From positions 4,236 to 68,235 of the forward strand of contig CAYWZZ010000006.1 in NCBI GenBank assembly GCA_964463005.1: a stretch of DNA of 64,000 bases. The letters run 5' to 3'. The notes below the pieces were generated by a model that did not search any database, was not told the origin of the DNA, and was given only the letters and a program-made list of their open reading frames with translations. Below, one piece after another: positions 1-8,390 of the stretch (positions within the stretch are counted from its first letter, which is position 1; every line of letters starts with the position of its first letter). The position numbers and the translations under genes are program-made. Source of the DNA: an uncultured Candidatus Bathyarchaeia archaeon (GTDB lineage: Archaea; Thermoproteota; CALKCG01; B24).

Positions 1-8
1 CGACGAAA

Positions 9-668
9 GTGAAGCTTGCAGAGTATATCGTTTCAGATGATGCTTCTGAAATTGAGAAGTTTTTCCACAAGGCCGTTCAAGAAGGTAGTGAAGGACTGCT
101 GTGTAAATCCCCCCATAGCCTCTACGAGGCTGGTAAAAGGGGATGGGCTTGGATAAAGTGGAAGAGAAGCTATAGGTCTGAGATGACGGATACTGTAGAC
201 TTAACGGTTGTTGGGGCTTTCGCGGGTAAAGGTAAGAGAGCTGGAACCTACGGTGCCCTCCTCATGGCTGCATATAACCCAGATGAAGACGTATTTGAAA
301 CCGTGTGTAAACTGGGTAGTGGATTCACAGATGAAGATTTAGCCAAGCTTCCAGAAATATTCAAACCTTACTTGAGAAGAGAACCGCATCCTAGAGTTAA
401 AACTATAATGAAGGCGGACTACTGGTTTACACCAGCCGTCGTGTTAGAAGTGATAGGGGATGAAATTACTTTAAGTCCTATGCACACCTGCGGTATGAAT
501 GCTATAAGACCCGGCTCAGGCCTAGCCATAAGATTCCCAAGGCTTGTAAAATTTAGAGATGATAAATCTCCCGAAGATTCTACAACAGTCTCTGAAATAA
601 TCGAAATGTACAAGCGTCAGCTTAAAAAGATAGAGCAAACTCAAATTCCTCCTGAGGAAAAGGAGTGA
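9..668 (+). CDS. lig: ATP-dependent DNA ligase, C-terminal part (OB-fold domain); 5' end lies outside the window
   Basis: [20 protein letters not shown] and [13 protein letters not shown] fit the ATP-dependent ligase adenylation/OB-fold region. The ORF runs from the window edge. Confidence 0.75.
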   Translation: MKLAEYIVSDDASEIEKFFHKAVQEGSEGLLCKSPHSLYEAGKRGWAWIKWKRSYRSEMTDTVDLTVVGAFAGKGKRAGTYGALLMAAYNPDEDVFETVCKLGSGFTDEDLAKLPEIFKPYLRREPHPRVKTIMKADYWFTPAVVLEVIGDEITLSPMHTCGMNAIRPGSGLAIRFPRLVKFRDDKSPEDSTTVSEIIEMYKRQLKKIEQTQIPPEEKE

Positions 669-1495
669 GCAAAATCCCCATAGAATACGGATATATCAAA
701 TGTAAAACAGCTCTTTCAAAAAGTATGCTTCCAGGCTTAGACTATAGTTTAAACCCGTATGTCGGTTGCGGTCACGGATGCATATACTGCTACGCTAAAG
801 CCACACTCAGAGATGAAGCTAAAGCTCTAAAATGGGGAAAATTTGTCCTAATTAAAAGGGGTTTAATCGAAACACTTGCAAAAGAAGTTTTAAGAAAACC
901 TAAAGGCGTAGTGGGTTTAAGCACTGTTACAGACCCATATCAGCCTATTGAAGAGGCGATGAAACTCAGTAGAAGATGTTTAGAGGTTCTCATTAGAAGA
1001 GGTTTCTACGTTTCAATACAGACAAAGTCTAAACTAGTGCTTAGAGATTTAGATTTAATCAAGCTTGGGAAATTAGACGTTGGATTAACCATCACGACCA
1101 TGGACGATTATCTAGCTTCATTGATAGAACCTGGAGCTTCTAAACCATCTGAGCGGGCTGAAGCGTTGAGAAAACTCTCTGAAGAAGGCGTTGAGACTTG
1201 GCTTTTCCTAGGACCTATAATCCCTGAGTTGAATGATTCAGAAGAGAGTATACGTGAAGTCATAGAAGTCGCCTACGAGACGAAGAGCGAGCTTATAGTG
1301 GATAAATTAAATCTTAGAAGATGGGTTTTAAATTGTATGAAACCTTTTCTAGATGAGTATAAGCCAAAGCTTGCCGAGAAACTTCCCGTTATACTTAAAC
1401 CCAATTCGCAGTATTTGAAGGCGTTGCATGATAAAGTTAAACGTATATGCGATGAATATGGCTTGAAATACAGCTTGTTTGATTTTACAAAATAG
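665..1495 (+). CDS. Radical SAM protein, SplB/DNA-repair-photolyase-like family
   Basis: [10 protein letters not shown] is a CxxxCxxC radical SAM cluster near the N-terminus. The apparent GTG start overlaps the ligase stop by 4 nt. Confidence 0.6.
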   Translation: MSKIPIEYGYIKCKTALSKSMLPGLDYSLNPYVGCGHGCIYCYAKATLRDEAKALKWGKFVLIKRGLIETLAKEVLRKPKGVVGLSTVTDPYQPIEEAMKLSRRCLEVLIRRGFYVSIQTKSKLVLRDLDLIKLGKLDVGLTITTMDDYLASLIEPGASKPSERAEALRKLSEEGVETWLFLGPIIPELNDSEESIREVIEVAYETKSELIVDKLNLRRWVLNCMKPFLDEYKPKLAEKLPVILKPNSQYLKALHDKVKRICDEYGLKYSLFDFTK

Positions 1496-1535
1496 TTATT
1501 AATAGTTATTATAGAGTTTGATGTAGAATCACCAC

Positions 1536-1883
1536 GTGGAGCAAATTCCAAAGCATTCCGTAAGAGTTCTGGATATAGATGGATTAAAAATCTACATCTA
1601 CGTAGAGAAGTTTGATAATGCACTACTTGTATTCATATCGGAGCAAGGTTTCAAGTTGGGAACTCTCATATTTTCTATGATAGGATTGGAGGGGGCTTCC
1701 AGAAGTACAGTATTACTCGGCTGGAGGGGAAGCATTCAGGCTAGAGTATTCGCTGAGAAGGCGTCTTCTGAAACTGGTTTAATGACTCTACTATCTATAA
1801 ATCTGGAGGAGGAGCATATCCAGAAGCAATTTAGAAGTATTTTAGAGACTTTAAATCAATGCATCAAAGAAGTTGCCGTATGA
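1536..1883 (+). CDS. hypothetical protein (possibly roadblock/LC7-like)
   Basis: Called from the ORF alone; no diagnostic motif. Confidence 0.3.
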   Translation: MEQIPKHSVRVLDIDGLKIYIYVEKFDNALLVFISEQGFKLGTLIFSMIGLEGASRSTVLLGWRGSIQARVFAEKASSETGLMTLLSINLEEEHIQKQFRSILETLNQCIKEVAV

Positions 1884-1979
1884 GATGCTGCAAATGAAGA
1901 TTTGAAATTTCCGCTTTCAAGCTTATACTTACGGTAAACTGAAAACCTAGTTAACTTTTAAGATGACGTTTTCTTTTAC

Positions 1980-2534
1980 TTAAAGCCCCAGCTGGGTTGC
2001 AACTTCTTTTAACGCATCCAAAGCCTCTTTAAGGAAGTTTTCTAAACTTAACCCTATCTCTTCGCACAACATTATACGGCTTCTATTCACACCTCTTGCG
2101 AAGTCTTTCGATTTAAACTTTCTGAGAACTGTTTGAAGCTGGACCTCCTGCATCTTCTTAGAAGGCATCACTAGAGCACATGCTACTAGTAACCCTGAAG
2201 TAGCATCAGCCGCTATTAAAGCCTTATCGAGTTTAGATTTAGGTTTAAAACCAGTATTCTCGTAGTTGTGGGCTCTTATAGCATTCAAAACCTCTTCAGG
2301 AACCATTCCACATAAAAGAGCTTCAGCTATTAAACCATGTTTAGCAGGTTCTCTTTGAGTAAGTTCATAATCCACGTCATGTAGAAGTCCTGTTAAACCC
2401 CAAATGAGTTCATCCTCACCCAAAACTTTAGCTATTTTACGTATGATCGCTTCAACAGCGATACAGTGTTTAACTATGTTCTCATTCCTAACATGTTTCC
2501 TTAAAATTTTCAGAGCTTCTTCACGATCGATCAT
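1980..2534 (-). CDS. HD-domain phosphohydrolase (HDIG-like)
   Basis: An H...HD metal-binding motif (LLHDVDYE) with an upstream conserved His. Confidence 0.65.
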   Translation of the reverse strand: MIDREEALKILRKHVRNENIVKHCIAVEAIIRKIAKVLGEDELIWGLTGLLHDVDYELTQREPAKHGLIAEALLCGMVPEEVLNAIRAHNYENTGFKPKSKLDKALIAADATSGLLVACALVMPSKKMQEVQLQTVLRKFKSKDFARGVNRSRIMLCEEIGLSLENFLKEALDALKEVATQLGL

Positions 2535-2584
2535 TAGGAGTACCTCTAACTTTAAAGATTGAATATGATATAAACTTGACGAAG

Positions 2585-3859
2585 CTAATATGAAATGATG
2601 TCTGAAAGTGTCGGTTTACCGAATATCCTCTCAGCGGCTTTAGCTACGGGCTTCCTATACTCCTCCTTAGAATACACCCTGACTATATTCATAACGTTTC
2701 TCATTACGTCTAAAAGCCTAGAGAGCATACCGAGTCTTTGAGGGATTTTCTCACCGTTTTCACCCCTCTTAAAACACGGTATGTCCATGACATCAGAGCC
2801 TGAAGAATAACGATGCGATACTGATGGAAGGCTGGGGGAGTCTATGAAAACATCATCACGTGATACTTTAGCTTCAGAAGCTATCTCCTCTTCAAGCTTA
2901 ATTTTCACGGATTCATTCATCAGTAGAGAACTCACGAGGGAGGATTCCATGAAAAGCGTCTTCTCATATACGCATTTTAAAAGCCTACGCTCCACAATAT
3001 CGTTCATTATCTGCTTAGCCTCTTCAGAGTTTATGAGGGCTGTCCAAACATTATAATCGTCCATAACTAGATATTCTTCAGGAGAATTGAAGTCTAAAAG
3101 TCCAATGCTGTCTTTAGCCATATCCATAGCTTTAAGAAGCATTATTTGAACCGCTCTTGAAGTTTTGTGAAAATATATAGACCTAAAGGACTCCACTCTA
3201 GCCACTATGAATGTTTCAAGCGCGGAAATCGCCGTTGCATCTACAGCAAGTTCACCGTTTAAAACGTCCATAGTGTAGAGTATTCTGAAGACATCTACAA
3301 ACCCGTACCCCGCTCCCGTATGGTAGTTATCCCTCACTATGAAGTCCATCTTATCGATATCTACGGGTCCTCTAATAAGCTGGCTTAAATACGGTTTATC
3401 GCCCACGGGTTCTCCCACAGCTAAAGCAGCCACCTTCTTAACGTCATATGACAGGTTTTTTAAAACGTCCGTTAACGCTGAGCCTTCTATTATCCACTTA
3501 GTCATATCTTCATGCGTCTTACCCTTGTATTTCATCAATAAACCCTCGTAGACGTGTGAGAAGGGGCCGTGACCTACATCGTGAAGTAGAGCGGCTACGC
3601 GTAGAAGCTCGCGGTCTTCCTCAGATAGCTCGATCATAGAATTTTCTCCGAAGAAGCCTGCCAGATACATAACTCCCAGGCTGTGCTCAAACCTAGTGTG
3701 GTTTGCAGCGGGGTAGACGTACTCTGAACCAGCTAACTGTCTTATCCTTCTAAGCCTCTGGAAGACTTTAGTATCTATGATTGACTTCTCAGACTCGGAA
3801 ATCTTTATATAACCATATATTGGGTCTTTAATGAAGCCCCAGTACTTTCGAAGAGACAA
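2585..3859 (-). CDS. HD-domain dNTP triphosphohydrolase-like protein (dGTPase/SAMHD1-like)
   Basis: RFEHSLGV and LLHDVGHGPFSH, typical of dGTPase-type HD hydrolases; 424 aa. Confidence 0.7.
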   Translation of the reverse strand: MSLRKYWGFIKDPIYGYIKISESEKSIIDTKVFQRLRRIRQLAGSEYVYPAANHTRFEHSLGVMYLAGFFGENSMIELSEEDRELLRVAALLHDVGHGPFSHVYEGLLMKYKGKTHEDMTKWIIEGSALTDVLKNLSYDVKKVAALAVGEPVGDKPYLSQLIRGPVDIDKMDFIVRDNYHTGAGYGFVDVFRILYTMDVLNGELAVDATAISALETFIVARVESFRSIYFHKTSRAVQIMLLKAMDMAKDSIGLLDFNSPEEYLVMDDYNVWTALINSEEAKQIMNDIVERRLLKCVYEKTLFMESSLVSSLLMNESVKIKLEEEIASEAKVSRDDVFIDSPSLPSVSHRYSSGSDVMDIPCFKRGENGEKIPQRLGMLSRLLDVMRNVMNIVRVYSKEEYRKPVAKAAERIFGKPTLSDIISY

Positions 3860-3933
3860 AACTCAAACCCGAAGTATATACTAGAAAAACAGCCATATAT
3901 ATGTTCAACCTAGTAACATTTGGAGGTTGAAAT

Positions 3934-4761
3934 TTGATTTTCAACGCAACTACGATCAACGAAACACTTAGAAAAATTGAACGGCTAGTAGATTTAAATG
4001 ACGTTTTCAACGTTGAAGTTGAAAGGGAAGTTAAATGTATGGAGATTCCGGCAAATTTGAAAAATGAATTATTAAAGGCTTTAAGAGGGCTTTTAAACCC
4101 AATTAAAATTTCTAGAAAAGGCTTCTTCATAGTTGTAACAGGCATTGATAAAGCAGGTAAAGAAACGCAGTGCTTCAACCCCAAGAAAAAACCGAACGTT
4201 AAATCCATAAGAGACTTCTTAGTCGAGCTTAAAGGTGAAGTATTATCTATATCTCTACCCAGCTATGAAACTCTCCTAGGGTCGCTGGTAGGGGCATATC
4301 TAGGGGTCAGAGAAGTTGACGTCAAATTAAGCGGAGAGATTTCAGAGGAGTATGCGTGGATTCTATGGAGCCTAGATAGAGCCCAGTACAATGATTCCGT
4401 TAAAAGCTGGCTTAGCCGTAGAAACCACTTCGTACTGGCTAGAAGGTGGATTGAAAGTAACATATGCTATCAAACAGTTAGGGGGATATCTGAAGAGAGA
4501 ATATTGAGATTTGAGAGGAATATAGAGAAGCCTGACCTGATACTAGTCATTGATATAACTGCGGAAGAGGCTTTGATAAGAGCTAGGGAGAAAGACAAAT
4601 ATGAAAAACTGGATTTTCTGAAAAAGGTTAGAGAGAAGCTTCTTGAGATATCTTTTAGAGGGATTGTCGGTCAAGCGGTTGTCGTCAACGGTTTCGGCTC
4701 TCCGTCAGAGGTTAATAGTAGACTGCTCAAAACCCTCAGCTTATACTTGAAGAGGAGCTAA
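3934..4761 (+). CDS. thymidylate kinase-like protein with a 60-aa N-terminal extension and an atypical P-loop
   Basis: FFIVVTGIDKAGKETQ compares with the dTMP kinase P-loop GIDGAGKTT. LWSLDRAQY matches the DR(A/Y) motif. PDLILVIDITAEEALIRAREKD matches the lid/C-terminal region. Confidence 0.5.
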   Translation: MIFNATTINETLRKIERLVDLNDVFNVEVEREVKCMEIPANLKNELLKALRGLLNPIKISRKGFFIVVTGIDKAGKETQCFNPKKKPNVKSIRDFLVELKGEVLSISLPSYETLLGSLVGAYLGVREVDVKLSGEISEEYAWILWSLDRAQYNDSVKSWLSRRNHFVLARRWIESNICYQTVRGISEERILRFERNIEKPDLILVIDITAEEALIRAREKDKYEKLDFLKKVREKLLEISFRGIVGQAVVVNGFGSPSEVNSRLLKTLSLYLKRS

Positions 4762-4805
4762 GCTTATATATTCCTTATCCATCCACTTAATGGAGGTTTA
4801 AGAGT

Positions 4806-5081
4806 TTGAAGGCCCCAAAAATCATTAATACGTATTGCCCTAAATGTAATGCTAAGACAGAGCACACAGTGTCAATATACCGTAAGGGTAAAGAGAGCTC
4901 TCTACGTCGTGGGGCTAGGCATCATGAATGGGAGCTTCATGGATATGGTGGTCAAAAATTCCCAGAACAGAGGAGGAAGGCGAAGACGACGACGAAACAA
5001 CTTCTTAAATTGAAGTGTAGAAATTGCGGTTATACGTTGGATAGACTTGGAGTTAGACTTAGAAAAATTGAACTTGTTTAA
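4806..5081 (+). CDS. rpl44e: 50S ribosomal protein L44e (eL42)
   Basis: KIINTYCPKC..TEHTV..YRKGK....GYGGQ.....KAKTT.K..L..C..CGY has the eL42 zinc-ribbon architecture. Confidence 0.88.
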   Translation: MKAPKIINTYCPKCNAKTEHTVSIYRKGKESSLRRGARHHEWELHGYGGQKFPEQRRKAKTTTKQLLKLKCRNCGYTLDRLGVRLRKIELV

Positions 5082-5277
5082 TATTCAGCCTAGTTAGATT
5101 TGAAAAACCTCTGTTTTCAATCTTATGTCATAATGTGCTGAATTTAACTGAAAATCTTTAAATATAATCGGCGAGCTAGAAGTCTTCCCTATAAGAGATT
5201 AGTGAAATCCCCCATGATTTTGAGGAAAAACTCTTTTTAGTATCTTCGAAGTTATAATTATTTTGGTGATAGAGTTT

Positions 5278-5529
5278 ATGCCTCAGGCATTTGTACTCAT
5301 AAATTCTGAGATAGGGGCCGAAGAAGAGGTCTTAAATGCTCTCAAGAATATGGAGAATGTTAAAGAGGCGTACATCGTTTACGGAGTTTACGATATAGTT
5401 GCTCGGGTGGAAAGGGTTATGTAACCCCCACATGCCGACTCTATGGAGGAGCTTAGGGAAATAGTGACTGTGAAAATACGTAGGATAAATAAGGTTAGAA
5501 GCACTTTAACCATGATAGTTGCTAAGTAG
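5278..5529 (+). pseudogene. Lrp/AsnC-type RAM-domain small protein (about 83 aa) interrupted by an in-frame TAA at 5422-5424
   Basis: Manual translation gives MPQAFVLINSEIGAEEEVLNALKNMENVKEAYIVYGVYDIVARVERVM, then a stop, then PPHADSMEELREIVTVKIRRINKVRSTLTMIVAK. Together these form a full beta-alpha-beta-beta-alpha-beta RAM fold. It is absent from the ORF track because both halves are under 60 aa. Confidence 0.4.
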
Positions 5530-5586
5530 ATTAGCCCCACCTTTCATTTTTAAATATCGACGGCTTACAGCAAACGCTTATATTGT

Positions 5587-7245
5587 GTGGTGTTAAATAA
5601 TCATTTTGTGAAGCAGGTATATGTAGTTCCCGAACCAAAGAAGTTGGAGTTCACAGGTAGATGGTTTAAATTTGACGGTTTTGAAAACTTTCCAAAGTTT
5701 ATAGCTGAAGAGTTTAAAGTACCCACAGGCGGATGGAGGATAGTTAAAGTCGACCGCAATGGGACTGGCGTTAAAATCAAAGAGGGGGTTGTTGAAATTT
5801 GGGGGGATGAAAAGGTATGCTACGCTACACTCATACAGTTGATAACTCAGGGTGATGAGCAGATCCCGGAAGCCACTATTGAGGAGGAGTTCTCGTTTAA
5901 ATTTAGAGGGTTCCACTTAGACATAGCTAGAGGGGGAGTCCCTAAACTTGAGACGTTTAAGTCGATCATAAGATGGCTCTACCTACTTAAATACAACTAT
6001 TTTGCAGTTTACGTGGAGGACTTATTTCCTTGGAAAAGCTACCCTCAAATAGGTGTATCGAGGGGGAGGCTAACAGAGGAAGAGTGGAGTGCAGTAGTCG
6101 ACTACGGTGAGAAGTTGGGGGTTGAAGTTTTCCCATCACTTGAACTATGTGGACATATGGAGCATATACTATCGATGCCTGAGTTTAGACGGTTCAGCGA
6201 GTGGCATAGGCCTATGGAGGGGTGTTTAGACGTCAGCAACGAAGAAGCTAGAGAGTTCGCATATAGACTTTTAAGCGACGCCCTAGAGCTTACACGTTCA
6301 AATTATGTGCACATAGGTGGAGATGAGACTTGGGCGCTTGGAAGAGGAGCTAGTTTAAATAAAACGTGGAGATTTGAGGGGCCAAGCCTATATGAGAAAC
6401 ACCATAGAAGGCTTGTTGAAATCGTTAGAAGCCGAGGAAAGACTCCCCTACTATGGGGTGACATGATATCTGGAATGTACTTAGTTGGCGATAGGGAGAA
6501 GTGGGCTGAAGTGCTTCAAAGCGATATATGGAGGGAAAGTATAATAGCCAACTGGGACTACAGCCCAGAATCCATAGACCACTTTAGAAGGAAAATAGAC
6601 ATCTTCAAGAATAGAGGGCTTGAACAGATAGTTTGCCCAGGGTTTTCAAACTGGGATAGATTTTACCCGAACTTCGAAGTAGCTATTACAAACCTTAGAA
6701 ACTTCCTCACAGCAGCCAAGGAAAAGGGCGTATTAGGTTTCATGGTGACGGCTTGGGGAGACGATGGAGAAGAGTGTCTATTCTCATTCCTAACACCTTT
6801 AATACTTGCGTCTATGGAGATAGCTGAAGGCTCTGGAGATTGGGAGAAGAAGTGGATGGCGTTATCTAAGGAGAGCGAGGCTGTTTTGAAAGCTAGGTTA
6901 ATATTCGGACGTGGAGAAGTTTCAGATGTTCTTAAACACGTCTTATACTCTACGCCCATTTTTAAGAGGATTGGAAGTGAAAGATTAGAGAAAATTGCTG
7001 AAAACTGGAGAACAGCTTTAGAAACTTTAAAAGATACCGTTCTACCTAAAGACCTTGAATTTATAAGGAAATGTCTTGAAGTCGGCCTTAATAGACTTAA
7101 GGGAAGGGTGAAGGTTTCAGATTATATAACTTTAGCCCACTTATACTCTGAACTATGGCTTTCTGAGAGGAAGCCTGAAGGGTTAGAGTTGATAGTTACG
7201 AGACTCTGGGGAGCTGCTGGAAGAATAGATTTAAACTTACAATGA
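5587..7245 (+). CDS. GH20-like beta-N-acetylhexosaminidase family protein
   Basis: RGFHLDIARGG and YVHIGGDET correspond to the GH20 R-x-D and H-x-G-G-D-E catalytic motifs. Confidence 0.55.
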   Translation: MVLNNHFVKQVYVVPEPKKLEFTGRWFKFDGFENFPKFIAEEFKVPTGGWRIVKVDRNGTGVKIKEGVVEIWGDEKVCYATLIQLITQGDEQIPEATIEEEFSFKFRGFHLDIARGGVPKLETFKSIIRWLYLLKYNYFAVYVEDLFPWKSYPQIGVSRGRLTEEEWSAVVDYGEKLGVEVFPSLELCGHMEHILSMPEFRRFSEWHRPMEGCLDVSNEEAREFAYRLLSDALELTRSNYVHIGGDETWALGRGASLNKTWRFEGPSLYEKHHRRLVEIVRSRGKTPLLWGDMISGMYLVGDREKWAEVLQSDIWRESIIANWDYSPESIDHFRRKIDIFKNRGLEQIVCPGFSNWDRFYPNFEVAITNLRNFLTAAKEKGVLGFMVTAWGDDGEECLFSFLTPLILASMEIAEGSGDWEKKWMALSKESEAVLKARLIFGRGEVSDVLKHVLYSTPIFKRIGSERLEKIAENWRTALETLKDTVLPKDLEFIRKCLEVGLNRLKGRVKVSDYITLAHLYSELWLSERKPEGLELIVTRLWGAAGRIDLNLQ

Positions 7246-7262
7246 CGGTTGATTCTAACGAT

Positions 7263-8339
7263 TTAGAAACACCCCCTCCCGTATTTTTCCACAATTTTTA
7301 AAACCCTTTGCGCCTCCTCTTCACTACGACACCAAGTTTGAAGGAATAAACCTTCATGTTTAAGCTTAGATAGCAAGAGCTCAACCTCCCAAGGTTCACA
7401 GGATATTTGAAGACATTTACCAGCATCCAATATTTTCCGGCATACATTCACCCATTTAGACATCGGTAATGCTCCGGCTCCCGGAACCCATTGAATACCA
7501 TCTATGGAGTCTACTTCAAGCAGTATGTCTAAGTTGTTTAACGCCATTGGTCCGTCTAAGTGGAATATCGAATTATCTAAATGCCTCGATAGGATTATCT
7601 GCTCTTCTAAAAAGAACTCTTTAAACATTTTTGGGGAAACAAGCCCCGAGAAGTCGTCCTGCAACGGGAAAAACTTTCCTCTAGAGTAAGCAGGTATCCA
7701 GCTTATAGAACCCTTCTGAACCTGTGATATCTTCCCATAGTATACTTCAAATACCTGAATACATATTTCCGTTAATCTCCCGATAAGCCTCTTGACCTTA
7801 TTCGGCTGATTATACAATGCTCTTACAAGCCTCTGCGTACCAACAGCGGCTGCTAAGGAGTCCCCACCATAATGTAGATCTGGAATACCGACTAAGAAAT
7901 TCCCCTTCGCTACTTCACACACGGCATCTAAGATCTTATTCATAGTTCTCCACCACACGTTAGATTCATCTAAAACGGGGTTATAGCTTTCTAAGTCCTC
8001 TATGAAAGGCTTCACCCAAGATGTTTCCTCGTCGAGAAAAACCAACTCACCTCCTAGAAAGGCCGTTAGAGAGTTTGGACCTAAGTTTGGCCAATATTGT
8101 GGAATTGCATCTCCTAGGAAAATAGTGTTTTCAAAGTAGTGCTCAAGCCGTTTAAGAATATAGTTTACGTTGGTCCACTTATCTTCAAGCTTTTCAACTG
8201 TTGGAATTTCCACCTCAACTCGACGTTTTCTAGGCGCAGTTATATGGATTAGAGGTCTATCTAAAACCTCGCGTTCCCAAAATGCGTCGAAACGTTGTTT
8301 AATTGTTTCAAAATCCACGTCGTTTATGTACGAGCGCAT
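7263..8339 (-). CDS. hypothetical protein (possibly URO-D/MtaA-like fold)
   Basis: 358-aa ORF inside a glycoside-hydrolase neighbourhood; no firm motif. Confidence 0.3.
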   Translation of the reverse strand: MRSYINDVDFETIKQRFDAFWEREVLDRPLIHITAPRKRRVEVEIPTVEKLEDKWTNVNYILKRLEHYFENTIFLGDAIPQYWPNLGPNSLTAFLGGELVFLDEETSWVKPFIEDLESYNPVLDESNVWWRTMNKILDAVCEVAKGNFLVGIPDLHYGGDSLAAAVGTQRLVRALYNQPNKVKRLIGRLTEICIQVFEVYYGKISQVQKGSISWIPAYSRGKFFPLQDDFSGLVSPKMFKEFFLEEQIILSRHLDNSIFHLDGPMALNNLDILLEVDSIDGIQWVPGAGALPMSKWVNVCRKILDAGKCLQISCEPWEVELLLSKLKHEGLFLQTWCRSEEEAQRVLKIVEKYGRGCF

Positions 8340-8390
8340 AGTTGGACACTACCTGCAATTGGTATATAGGTCTATGTTTACCTCAGATCT

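Noticed and set aside
419-613. Many 60-140 aa ORFs lie antisense or offset inside longer conserved genes. Examples are 419..613, 1273..1623, 2844..3056, 13554..14402, 35260..35670, 56713..57048, 59022..59417 and 62853..63323.
   Set aside because: These are shadow ORFs within well-supported genes. They are often low-complexity and have no independent motif.
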